From the IMG/VR virus record IMGVR_UViG_3300049728_000011, positions 1-47,420 of that record: a DNA stretch of 47,420 nt. One strand, written 5' to 3'. Both the position numbers and the translations under genes were made by a program. Below the pieces are notes generated by a model. The model did not search any database, was not told the DNA's origin, and was given only the letters and a program-made list of their open reading frames with translations. Numbering within the stretch: position 1 is the first letter of the stretch; each line of letters starts with the position of its first letter. Of the stretch, positions 40,222 to 47,420 are shown piece by piece. Origin of the DNA: a virus.

Positions 40222-40511
40222 TTTGCACTCTCCCGTTTAATGGTGACGCTAGACTTCTTTTCAGTAACGACACGGTAATCAACCCACTCGCCGTTTTCTT
40301 TCAGCATGCACGATACGCGGGGTGATATGAAAGCTTCGCGTCCGGTGAGTTTGCTTAGTTCGATACATGCGGGGCGCTCCATGAGAAAGTATATTCCTGC
40401 TCTGCAAACAAAAACGCCAAGTGCCACTAGTCCGATAAGCAGCGCGACTGCGCTCATTGCGATGAATCCGCAAACAAAAGCCTCTTTAATCTCGCGTGCG
40501 GTGTCATTCAT
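40218..40511 (-). CDS. Small membrane protein
   Basis: ATG 40511 (MNDTAREIK) is preceded by AACAGGAGAACAAAC. It has one hydrophobic segment. The track start at 40652 overlaps the upstream gene. Confidence 0.6.
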   Translation of the reverse strand: MNDTAREIKEAFVCGFIAMSAVALLIGLVALGVFVCRAGIYFLMERPACIELSKLTGREAFISPRVSCMLKENGEWVDYRVVTEKKSSVTIKRESAK

Positions 40512-40524
40512 GTTTGTTCTCCTG

Positions 40525-41421
40525 TTAGTTATTACTCTTTGCACCATAGCTGTTTGCCGCGATGGCCGTATTCCACTGCCCGCCGGGCAGATTGATGTCC
40601 AATTGATGCGACAACACGGCAGCGACCCAATTAGTGCGGTTGACAAAATCAAACGTCGTTTCTACATCAAGCGCTATGCCGGGGCGCAGTAAGGGGTTGA
40701 ATATTGTTGTAATACTTAACCCGCTCGTGCTGTACACCGGGGCATATTGCAAACCCGTATCAACCGCAATGCGTACCGCGTCTGTGTCACTCGGCGCACC
40801 CGCTAACCGGATTACGACCTGCTGCAAATTGACAAACCATGTCAGATCAGGGTATTGCGACATTAGCGCGTTGATTTGTTCCAACGGCGAGCCTGTTACG
40901 CGGGGGTTCGTCAGGGAATAGACCGGCACCGATGCCGAATACACCACAGCGAACCCTGCTTGACCGGCAATGTCTGCTAGTGCATCTGACAATGTGACTG
41001 GCCCCGGATTTGAATAAGGTGCTACAGGGGTATTCATCAACGGCATAGCGGCGTTGCTGTCAATGACCAGCTTCACCTGCGGCATCGTTGACGCGTCTAC
41101 TGCAGACCACATGATAACGCCCTGAAAGAACGGGATGTACTGCATTCCGTTCCACACATCGATTGCGACCGTATCAGCGTTCTGCGGCGTCATGACCTCT
41201 AGCCACAACCGCGCTATTTGATTCATGTCTTGTTGCGCTACGCCAAAGATTTCAATATGCGCATTGCCGTACTGCTTACCACCTTGCCGCACCTGAAGAC
41301 GCATGCGGTTTTGCGTGTAGACGTAGGTGTACGTTTGCGCCGCACCTTGCGCGTTGTTGCGCGTCACGGATACCGTGACGCGTGCCGCACGTTCAGCGAA
41401 TTGTTGAAATGTACCTGTCAT
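40525..41421 (-). CDS. Baseplate hub / tail protein candidate
   Basis: 298-aa ORF between the tape measure region and the spike. The function is inferred from position only. Confidence 0.6.
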   Translation of the reverse strand: MTGTFQQFAERAARVTVSVTRNNAQGAAQTYTYVYTQNRMRLQVRQGGKQYGNAHIEIFGVAQQDMNQIARLWLEVMTPQNADTVAIDVWNGMQYIPFFQGVIMWSAVDASTMPQVKLVIDSNAAMPLMNTPVAPYSNPGPVTLSDALADIAGQAGFAVVYSASVPVYSLTNPRVTGSPLEQINALMSQYPDLTWFVNLQQVVIRLAGAPSDTDAVRIAVDTGLQYAPVYSTSGLSITTIFNPLLRPGIALDVETTFDFVNRTNWVAAVLSHQLDINLPGGQWNTAIAANSYGAKSNN

Positions 41422-41423
41422 GA

Positions 41424-41513
41424 TCAGCCCAGTTTAACCGCTAGCCACGACAGGAGCAAATAGCCGAAAAGCGCTAATGTCAGGTCAGACATGCCTTGTA
41501 AGAACTTCTTCAT
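41424..41513 (-). CDS. Possible 29-aa hydrophobic peptide
   Basis: My own translation gives MKKFLQGMSDLTLALFGYLLLSWLAVKLG. It has a TAATG overlap with the upstream stop and ends 2 nt before the next ATG. Confidence 0.3.
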   Translation of the reverse strand: MKKFLQGMSDLTLALFGYLLLSWLAVKLG

Positions 41514-41794
41514 TATTCAACCCCCGGTTGATCGAGCATCCAATTGATCCAAGCAAGGCGGATCAGCCTACGCTGGCGCTTCGGTCCCGCCCAAAGCGCG
41601 AATGTGTTGCACTCCCAGATTGCGGCGTGCTCTTTAATTCGGAAAGCGGCGTCATGGTACTCAATATCGCTGTAAGGCACGGCCTGACGCTCAACAACTT
41701 GTGCAAGTACGAAAGAAACGGGGCGATCATCGCCGCTTTCGATCAGTTCTCTCGCAGCAACTAGCAACTCTCGCTCAACCTTATTCAGTGCCAT
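41513..41794 (-). CDS. Hypothetical protein, tandem paralogue 2
   Basis: Starts MALNKVERELLVAARELIESG and ends WINWMLDQP. It is a paralogue of 41800-42087. The track start at 41839 is an extension. Confidence 0.65.
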   Translation of the reverse strand: MALNKVERELLVAARELIESGDDRPVSFVLAQVVERQAVPYSDIEYHDAAFRIKEHAAIWECNTFALWAGPKRQRRLIRLAWINWMLDQPGVE

Positions 41795-41799
41795 GACAT

Positions 41800-42087
41800 T
41801 CACTCCATCTCTGGTTGATCGAGCATCCAATCTATCCAAGCCAGACGGTCTTGCTTGACACCACGTTGAGCATCATAACCATTTGCGCGCTGCCAGCTGT
41901 CGAGTGCTATATGCGGCGCTAGCGCTTTGCTAATATAGCGTTCGAGGCGCTTCGCTGCATCCATGTAGTAATATCTGCGACGACTGGTAGCGTTCTGTAT
42001 TGCGTGGCAAATGTAGAATTCTTCACCGCTTTCGATCAGTTCTCTCGCAGCAACTAGCAACTCCCGCTCAATCTTATTCAACGCCAT
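41800..42087 (-). CDS. Hypothetical protein, tandem paralogue 1
   Basis: Starts MALNKIERELLVAARELIESG and ends WIDWMLDQP. The track start at 42144 is an extension. Confidence 0.65.
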   Translation of the reverse strand: MALNKIERELLVAARELIESGEEFYICHAIQNATSRRRYYYMDAAKRLERYISKALAPHIALDSWQRANGYDAQRGVKQDRLAWIDWMLDQPEME

Positions 42088-42149
42088 AACGTTCTCCTGT
42101 TGTAAGTGTGTAGCTATCTTACGAAAACGTAACGGCAATGTCAAGCTAT

Positions 42150-43958
42150 TTAACGCACAGCGCTGTTGCGATTTTGTGGTCCGGTCAGGCGTTGTATCCC
42201 GTTGACGAATTCGCCGGGGTTGTTCGCCTGCACGGTCACGCTCTGGATGCTGATTGAAGTGCCTGCCGGGGCTGCGCCAGCCGAATCCGGGCCGTTGTAC
42301 CCGCTGGATAACTTGTCAGCTAGCTGTCCGCGACGGATCGATTCGGACAAGTTGCCGTGTACCTCGAACGTGTCGGAGAAAGACTTGCCGAGTTGTTGCG
42401 CGCCACCACCCACGCCTAGCGACTTGCGCAGTAACCCGGACTCGTAAGGGTTAGAGAACAGGAAATCAAGTTGCTGGTCGATTGTTCCGCCATCAGGACG
42501 AACTCCATACTTCGACAAGAAAGCGTCAGAGCGCGCACCACGCCATTGGAACAGACCGCGTGCGCCGCTGCCTCCGCCTTCGGCGTTGAAGTTACTCAAT
42601 TTCCCGCCCGATTCACTCATCGCATTAGCTGCGACTGCTGCGGCTTGCGGCACAGTCAGCCCGTATTTTGTGATCAGCTTGGTCATCAGGTCTTGCGAAC
42701 TGACCGTGCCGCCAGCGCCAGTTGTAGCTGTGCTGGGGGTGGCTGCGGGTTTGTTCAATCCGAACAGGTTAGCGATAGGCGCGGGGCCTTCGCTACGCGC
42801 TTTATCGACAAGCTTACGCCAAGAGTCGAGGAGCGACCCGAAGCCCTTTTCCACATTTTCGCCAATGCTGTTCAGCACCCCGCTAGGACCATTTGGGTTG
42901 ACGTTGACCTCGCCTTTAGTAAGTGCGTCAGTTGCTTTTTTTATAACGCCCACTACATTCGAAACAATGTACGCGAGTACGTCGAGCCATTCGCCCAATT
43001 GTGTCAGCGCCTTGATATAGATATCAGTCGCCGTGGGCAGTTCCTCGCGCATGACTTTGATGAAGCCGTCTAGACCCCCACCAGCAGCCATGATACGGTC
43101 AACAAATGCTGACACTTCCTTTGCACCTTTGCTTGTCCAATCCGCGAAGCCTTGTATTGCGGGCTGTAGTATCGTCGCTAGCGAATTTGCAACGTTAATC
43201 GCCGAATTTTCAACCGCCGACATCGCGTCAGCGACGGCGGCCATTGCTTTTTTGTTCTCTTCAGCAGCTTCAGCAAGTGACTTAGTGTATGCGGCGCGGG
43301 CATCCGTTTCCGACTTGATCATCAGAATCAAGTCCGGAGATACGCCCTGCGCAGATAGACCTGACTCGATCTGCCGCTGTTGCGCGGGACTCGAAGCGCG
43401 GTACATGTGCTGCGCTTGCTCTAAAATATCCGCAATAGGCGTATCCGCACCCGCACGAATGCCCATACGCGAAAACGCGGCGAGAGTCGGCGCATTGCCG
43501 GTGATGTTAAACTGTTGCTGTTCTCGCGCAAGGTCAGCTATGGCCTGCGCGCCGCTGGACGCGTCAGCGCCAAGACGCCGGGCTGTGCTGCCCCATGCCT
43601 GCATTTCTCGGTTAGACAAGTTAGTCGAAACTGCGGCGCGGCGCAGGTTCGTTTCCATGCCCGCCAAAGACACCACAGCGCCGACTAGCCCGGCTACTGA
43701 GCCGACGCCGAGCACACTCGCCAAGGACAACGACAAGCCTTTCAGCGCATTAGTTAGCGTTTTGGTTTCGCTAGTCGATTGCTTGGTGCGCTTGATCTGC
43801 TCTTTTTCGCGCTTGCTGCGCTTGTCATCTTCTTTGACGCGTTTCTTCTCAGTCTTTTCAACCTGTTGATCGACTTGCTTATCTGCTTTTTTGAACTCAG
43901 CATCGTCCAGCGTGAGCTTAACGACAAGTTCGTCCACCACGTTTCCGTTATCAGCCAT
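42150..43958 (-). CDS. Tape measure protein with a C-terminal lysozyme-like (tail lysozyme) domain
   Basis: About 600 aa, with a charged coiled N-terminus and a hydrophobic GLSLSLASVLGVGSVAGLVGAVV segment. The C-terminal MSESGG...GLFQWRG motif resembles phage tail lysozyme domains. ATG 43958 is preferred over the TTG at 43964. Confidence 0.85.
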   Translation of the reverse strand: MADNGNVVDELVVKLTLDDAEFKKADKQVDQQVEKTEKKRVKEDDKRSKREKEQIKRTKQSTSETKTLTNALKGLSLSLASVLGVGSVAGLVGAVVSLAGMETNLRRAAVSTNLSNREMQAWGSTARRLGADASSGAQAIADLAREQQQFNITGNAPTLAAFSRMGIRAGADTPIADILEQAQHMYRASSPAQQRQIESGLSAQGVSPDLILMIKSETDARAAYTKSLAEAAEENKKAMAAVADAMSAVENSAINVANSLATILQPAIQGFADWTSKGAKEVSAFVDRIMAAGGGLDGFIKVMREELPTATDIYIKALTQLGEWLDVLAYIVSNVVGVIKKATDALTKGEVNVNPNGPSGVLNSIGENVEKGFGSLLDSWRKLVDKARSEGPAPIANLFGLNKPAATPSTATTGAGGTVSSQDLMTKLITKYGLTVPQAAAVAANAMSESGGKLSNFNAEGGGSGARGLFQWRGARSDAFLSKYGVRPDGGTIDQQLDFLFSNPYESGLLRKSLGVGGGAQQLGKSFSDTFEVHGNLSESIRRGQLADKLSSGYNGPDSAGAAPAGTSISIQSVTVQANNPGEFVNGIQRLTGPQNRNSAVR

Positions 43959-43960
43959 GA

Positions 43961-44560
43961 TCAACTCGTAATGAAGGCAGCGGCGTTCACCAGCGCTTGC
44001 TGCGCGGCAGTCACTGCGGTAGTGAATACTTGACCAATCTGTGCGACTGGATTGCTTTTTGCTGACAGCGTGTTTTGATAACTGCCGTCGCTGGACGTAA
44101 TTTGTGGCACTTCAGTAAACAGGATATTCAAGTAGGTCAAGTTCGAACCACGATCCGGGCGCACGTCAATTGACATGCTAGCGATCGTAAAATCAACAAA
44201 AACGCCAACGGGCGATATCAATGTGTACAGTTGCGTAGGGTTCAACGCTTCCTGTTGACGGATCGCAGTGAACCACGCAAACCGGGCCACGTCTGATCCA
44301 GTTTTGATCATAGTGACGTTAATCGTTTGAGGGCGCTTGACTTTGTTGTAAGGCTGAAACGCGCCTTGCTCTTGCGGATAGTCTGAAAGTTGCGTTTCGT
44401 ATTTCGGGGAGAATTCCCCCCACGAGGACGGTATCGTCAGCGGTATAAACGTGTCACTTGCTACGATCGCATAGATCGGCGTAGGCGGGTTGACGTTTGG
44501 CAACGCTGACGCAACGAGCGCTAGCGCGTTTAACGCATTAACTGACGGTACGGTAGCCAT
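43961..44560 (-). CDS. Hypothetical tail-associated protein
   Basis: 199-aa ORF immediately upstream of the tape measure gene. Confidence 0.65.
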   Translation of the reverse strand: MATVPSVNALNALALVASALPNVNPPTPIYAIVASDTFIPLTIPSSWGEFSPKYETQLSDYPQEQGAFQPYNKVKRPQTINVTMIKTGSDVARFAWFTAIRQQEALNPTQLYTLISPVGVFVDFTIASMSIDVRPDRGSNLTYLNILFTEVPQITSSDGSYQNTLSAKSNPVAQIGQVFTTAVTAAQQALVNAAAFITS

Positions 44561-44561
44561 G

Positions 44562-44963
44562 CTAGGCGTAAATGTTCAACATTGCGAAAGCAGCTAACAA
44601 CTCGCCCAAGGTTGACAGCTCGCGGATATCGGTTCGCAACAATGGTCGAAATGCTTCTGGGTGCTTCGGATCGGGCGCAATCTGCACAGACTGCAATGCG
44701 TCAGTGACCAGCGTATGCACGGCTTGGGGCTGCGACCCTTGCAAGATATGCATAATGATATCAATTTGCGGCGCGCCCTTCGGGGCTGATTGCACCTTCG
44801 CCAGCAAGTCCTCGTAACTTTCGACGCGCAACGCAGAAACTAAGCGCACCACAAAGTCGGCCTTGGCTACTACGTCCAATTCTGTGATACGAAAAGCTTT
44901 TCCCGCATCACGGCCTTTAGTTCCGTACACCGTGGTGGTTTTGATTTCGTCTAGTGGGTTCAT
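44562..44963 (-). CDS. Candidate tail assembly chaperone (paralogue of 44960-45535)
   Basis: ATG 44963 overlaps the upstream stop as ATGA. It shares the GRDAG...ITEL motif with the upstream ORF. The function is inferred from position upstream of the tape measure gene. Confidence 0.55.
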   Translation of the reverse strand: MNPLDEIKTTTVYGTKGRDAGKAFRITELDVVAKADFVVRLVSALRVESYEDLLAKVQSAPKGAPQIDIIMHILQGSQPQAVHTLVTDALQSVQIAPDPKHPEAFRPLLRTDIRELSTLGELLAAFAMLNIYA

Positions 44964-45535
44964 GTCGCGCCTTTGGGTTTCGTGTTGGCTTTCCATTCTC
45001 GGATAGCTTCCACATTAGTTAATTCTACTAGGTTAAACGCGTCTTCGGTACTCAGAACGGTTTCCAATTCGACGTAAGAAGCATGCCCGGATTGTAGCAC
45101 CGCAGCCAAGAAGGGCGAACAAAACGTCACAGCGATGTCAGAAACTCCCGCTAGGATCGCTTCGGCGCGCATGGTAACGGGTGTTTCCAGTAACTCCCGT
45201 TCAAACAGAAAATCAACATGCAACAGTAGCGCGACTTGCTGCAATTTCGCCACGTTGCGCCAATCCCGCAAGTCGCGCCGGATATCAAACGCGCTTCCGT
45301 CTGTGTGCGTAGCGCGCACAAACCCGAACAGCAAGTGCAATCCTTCCTCACCAAGCGCGGCAAGCTCTTTTTGGTAACGAAGGGCTAACGACACAATCCC
45401 CCCGGTAGTATCGCCATCAAAACGCTGAATGATGCGCCGGGCTAATCGGTCGGCGGCCAAGGCGGGCAACTCGGTTAGCTGTACCGTTCTGCCTGCGTCC
45501 CGCCCTTCTAGCTCAAATGTTCGTGTCTTAATCAT
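44960..45535 (-). CDS. Candidate tail assembly chaperone
   Basis: 191-aa ORF with the motif GRDAGRTVQLTEL. The call is positional. Confidence 0.55.
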   Translation of the reverse strand: MIKTRTFELEGRDAGRTVQLTELPALAADRLARRIIQRFDGDTTGGIVSLALRYQKELAALGEEGLHLLFGFVRATHTDGSAFDIRRDLRDWRNVAKLQQVALLLHVDFLFERELLETPVTMRAEAILAGVSDIAVTFCSPFLAAVLQSGHASYVELETVLSTEDAFNLVELTNVEAIREWKANTKPKGAT

Positions 45536-45846
45536 TGCATAAAAATGTGTGCGATGTAGCCCAACACTAAGCCTAGCGCGGCTCTGACGACGACAGCGTA
45601 CATAACTTCAACGACGCTACGGCCTGCGTCAACTGCTACGTGCTGCGCAAACAAGAAGCGAAACCCAAGAGCTACGCACCCCGCAATCAAAGGATCGACG
45701 GAAACGGGGTAAAACGGCACCACAAACCATTTGAGATAAAGTGTCAATACCGTGCCGTAGGTAACTACGAAAAGGCCACACACCGCGCCTACGTCGAGCA
45801 ATTCACTAGCGATATACTTAATTCGTGTTTTTGTGGTCGTGTTCAT
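45532..45846 (-). CDS. Multi-pass membrane protein
   Basis: 104 aa with about three hydrophobic segments. It is preceded by the conserved AACAGGAGCTAAACAA ribosome-binding sequence. Confidence 0.65.
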   Translation of the reverse strand: MNTTTKTRIKYIASELLDVGAVCGLFVVTYGTVLTLYLKWFVVPFYPVSVDPLIAGCVALGFRFLFAQHVAVDAGRSVVEVMYAVVVRAALGLVLGYIAHIFMQ

Positions 45847-45850
45847 TTGT

Positions 45851-46024
45851 TTAGCTCCTGTTCAAGAAATCAACGTCTTCGATTTCACCGGGCGCTAATG
45901 CATTCATTGAATCACGTAGCCAACTAACGCGGTTGTAATACGTCTTGTCGCTATAGCCGTTAAGCTCGTCTGGGCCGGTATTTTTCATTTCTAGATATTC
46001 ATCCAGTAAATCAACGAATTTCAT
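45851..46024 (-). CDS. Hypothetical 57-aa protein
   Basis: My own translation gives MKFVDLLDEYLEMKNTGPDELNGYSDKTYYNRVSWLRDSMNALAPGEIEDVDFLNRS. It is preceded by the conserved AACAGGAGCTAAACAA sequence. Confidence 0.5.
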   Translation of the reverse strand: MKFVDLLDEYLEMKNTGPDELNGYSDKTYYNRVSWLRDSMNALAPGEIEDVDFLNRS

Positions 46025-46045
46025 TTGTTTAGCTCCTGTTGTGGT

Positions 46046-46258
46046 TTATGCGCAATAACGAGGAAAATCCAACACAAACGACTTGCAAATTTCTTGCGCT
46101 ACTTCGCTGTGGGCGCTGCTGGCATCTGCTGCGACCATTTCTACAAAGCGCCACAGTAAATCGTCTTCGCATCCGTGTGCCGCCTCAGGGTCACCGTTAC
46201 CGATTAGCGCTATCTTCGCCACTTCCATGTGCGCCTCTTCAATTGTAAGTTGTTCCAT
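46046..46258 (-). CDS. Hypothetical small acidic protein
   Basis: 70-aa ORF and the first gene after the TTGACT-17-TATAGT promoter. It is preceded by the conserved ribosome-binding sequence AACAGGAGCTAAATATG. Confidence 0.6.
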   Translation of the reverse strand: MEQLTIEEAHMEVAKIALIGNGDPEAAHGCEDDLLWRFVEMVAADASSAHSEVAQEICKSFVLDFPRYCA

Positions 46259-46287
46259 ATTTAGCTCCTGTTGTGTTGTATGTAGTA

Positions 46288-46316
46288 ACTATAAGTTAAA
46301 TAAAACGTAAAGTCAA
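46288..46316 (-). promoter_or_regulatory. Sigma70-type promoter TTGACT-17-TATAGT
   Basis: On the minus strand the -35 is at 46311-46316 and the -10 at 46288-46293. It lies directly after the terminator and before 46258. Confidence 0.55.
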
Positions 46317-46321
46317 CAGGT

Positions 46322-46347
46322 AAAAAAAGAGCCGGGCGAACCCGGCT
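46322..46347 (-). terminator. Intrinsic terminator after 46448-46744
   Basis: On the minus strand, an AGCCGGG-TTCG-CCCGGCT hairpin is followed by C and T7. Confidence 0.8.
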
Positions 46348-46447
46348 AAATGCCAAACGCTTGGTAGCGCAGGCGATCCCACATCAGGAGGAAACGGAAT
46401 GCTAAAAGACAGTCCAAGCATAGCACAAGTTGCGCTAAGTGCAAGGT

Positions 46448-46744
46448 TTAACTATCCCCATACAACAGCAAGTAGCGCGAACCGAACCCGGTATAAACGG
46501 GGTCCGTAATGCCTTGCAGGTCGGCAAACGCCAGTAGTTGCGGCAAGCCCAGATAACGGTTCGGGTTGATATCGGTGCGGTCGAGGCACAAACGCCCCAG
46601 CGCAACGGATACACCATCGTAAATCACATCAGCAAACAACCCGTAATCGGTCGTCGTCAGCGTAATCTGCGCCGCTGCGCCATCCAGAATCGCCGTGATG
46701 GTCTGGTTAGGTGTGGCAGATAACGGAATAACGACTTGTGTCAT
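46448..46744 (-). CDS. Baseplate/tail small protein candidate
   Basis: 98-aa ORF, ATGA-coupled to the upstream ORF and followed by an intrinsic terminator. Confidence 0.65.
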   Translation of the reverse strand: MTQVVIPLSATPNQTITAILDGAAAQITLTTTDYGLFADVIYDGVSVALGRLCLDRTDINPNRYLGLPQLLAFADLQGITDPVYTGFGSRYLLLYGDS

Positions 46745-47112
46745 AGCAGCACCTGCGAAGAATTGCCGCTGATGTCGGTGGTGGTAATTGCCCCGGAAAC
46801 CGTGCGGTTAGCAAATGTGAAATCGGCGGTAGCTTGCACTACGTCCGAAACTTTCAAGGCCTGTGTCGTGAACGAGTTTTGTACAAGTGTGAGGTTGGGT
46901 GCTTGCCCGAGAATATTGCTGTAGCGTATTCCTTGCGTCGTGTCGTAGTAAAGCTCTCCGTACCATGTCAGGCAGCGCGTAGCTACGTCCTGCGCCATGC
47001 GTATTGCCGGACCTGTCGAGTCGCCCGGCGTAGCGTCGCCCACCGTTGCCCAATTGCCGTATTGGTCAACGGTTAAATCCCATAGCGAATAATCAAGTGC
47101 AACAGTATCCAT
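46741..47112 (-). CDS. Baseplate wedge-like small protein candidate (start uncertain)
   Basis: This is the first gene leftward of hub copy A. The in-frame ATGs are at 47112 and 47142. The track start at 47277 lies inside the hub palindrome and is rejected. Confidence 0.6.
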   Translation of the reverse strand: MDTVALDYSLWDLTVDQYGNWATVGDATPGDSTGPAIRMAQDVATRCLTWYGELYYDTTQGIRYSNILGQAPNLTLVQNSFTTQALKVSDVVQATADFTFANRTVSGAITTTDISGNSSQVLL

Positions 47113-47168
47113 GCGCTGATTGTGCCAAAGAACGGCGCGCATGTCACGTGTGGCGCGATAACGTGTAG

Positions 47169-47420
47169 TTGCTGTAAAGAAAGGTACGGAGGGACGGAGT
47201 ACGGAGGAAGGTTTTTGAGACCCTGTACACTTTGCGAAAGTAGTAATAAGTACCCTACTTATTACTACTTTCTTCATCCAGTGCTTATATAGTAACTCTG
47301 TATTCTCCTTCTGTATTTATTATATATTATTAATATTTTATTTAACTACTATACTAAGAAACAGCTACAGAATGCGGGTTGTAGGCTTATTCAAAAGTAC
47401 GGAGGGAGATAGTTGTCAAA
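47169..47420. repeat. Hub repeat copy A, left part, plus the 127-nt window overlap
   Basis: Aligns with 24555-24806. Boxes lie at 47184-47194 and 47199-47209, and the palindrome stem is 47236-47252 pairing with 47256-47272. Confidence 0.85.

Noticed and set aside
44960-44996. A 37-nt overlap between ORFs 44960-45535 and 44562-44996, considered as a tail-chaperone programmed frameshift site.
   Set aside because: The downstream ORF has an internal ATG at 44963 that overlaps the upstream stop as ATGA. Simple translational coupling explains the overlap, and I saw no slippery heptamer.
46399-46512. 37-aa plus-strand ORF with a strong AGGAGG ribosome-binding sequence, antisense to the 3' end of 46448-46744.
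   Set aside because: It overlaps a better-supported gene on the opposite strand and lies in that gene's 3' untranslated and terminator region. It has no supporting context, so I kept it only as a note.
47113-47277. N-terminal extension of ORF 46741-47277, starting MKKVVISRVLITTFAK.
   Set aside because: This segment is the 17-bp-stem palindrome plus the boxes of the hub. The same pseudo-start exists in copy B, where it terminates after about 50 codons. The real start is more likely ATG 47112 or 47142.
1-47420. tRNA genes, an integrase with attP, a repressor-type lysogeny module, and CRISPR arrays.
   Set aside because: By eye I found no T-arm or anticodon-arm cloverleaf candidates, no tyrosine or serine recombinase motifs, and no spaced direct repeats. 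A tRNAscan-SE or ARAGORN run plus an HMM search would be needed to exclude them formally.

Overview
The window is one complete, circularly closed dsDNA tailed-phage genome. The unit length is 47,293 bp, and positions 1-127 recur exactly at 47294-47420, which looks like a k=127 assembly overlap. I call about 70 protein genes. I found no tRNA, rRNA, CRISPR array, integrase, transposase or reverse transcriptase.

Genes lie in four alternating-strand blocks:
- (+) 338-14900: terminase, portal, capsid, neck, and a sheath-like and tube-like pair with a free-standing HNH gene between them.
- (-) 24439-15018: replication genes (VirE/D5-like primase-helicase, SF2 DEAH helicase, family A DNA polymerase).
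- (+) 25006-28364: Cas4-like PD-(D/E)XK nuclease, DUF2815-type SSB-like protein, small ORFs, RusA.
- (-) 47112-28335: baseplate-like ORFs, a small accessory cluster, candidate tail chaperones, tape measure, hub, spike, a 4.5-kb accessory island, baseplate J, DUF2612, tail fibre and chaperone, then holin, SAR endolysin, i-spanin and o-spanin.

The lipobox spanin points to a Gram-negative host. From memory and unverified, the layout resembles the small Bcep781/OP2-type myoviruses.

The signals least explained by the genes:
1. A 388-bp non-coding hub is present twice in direct orientation, at 24555-24942 and at 47169-47293 continuing into 1-263. The copies sit at the two divergent switch points, almost opposite each other on the circle. 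Each carries an array of GTACGGAGG(G/A)A boxes, a perfect 17-bp-stem palindrome and a roughly 95% A+T core.
2. A GC-rich, highly structured non-coding segment of about 300 nt (38875-39185) has mutually exclusive long helices. It lies next to a perfect 21-bp inverted repeat carrying a consensus sigma70-type promoter. Both sit at the edge of an accessory island inserted in the baseplate module.
3. A 60-70-bp promoter cassette is present three times, and a conserved translation-initiation 19-mer is shared by five accessory genes.

All protein-family calls rest on motif recognition by eye. No database search was run.
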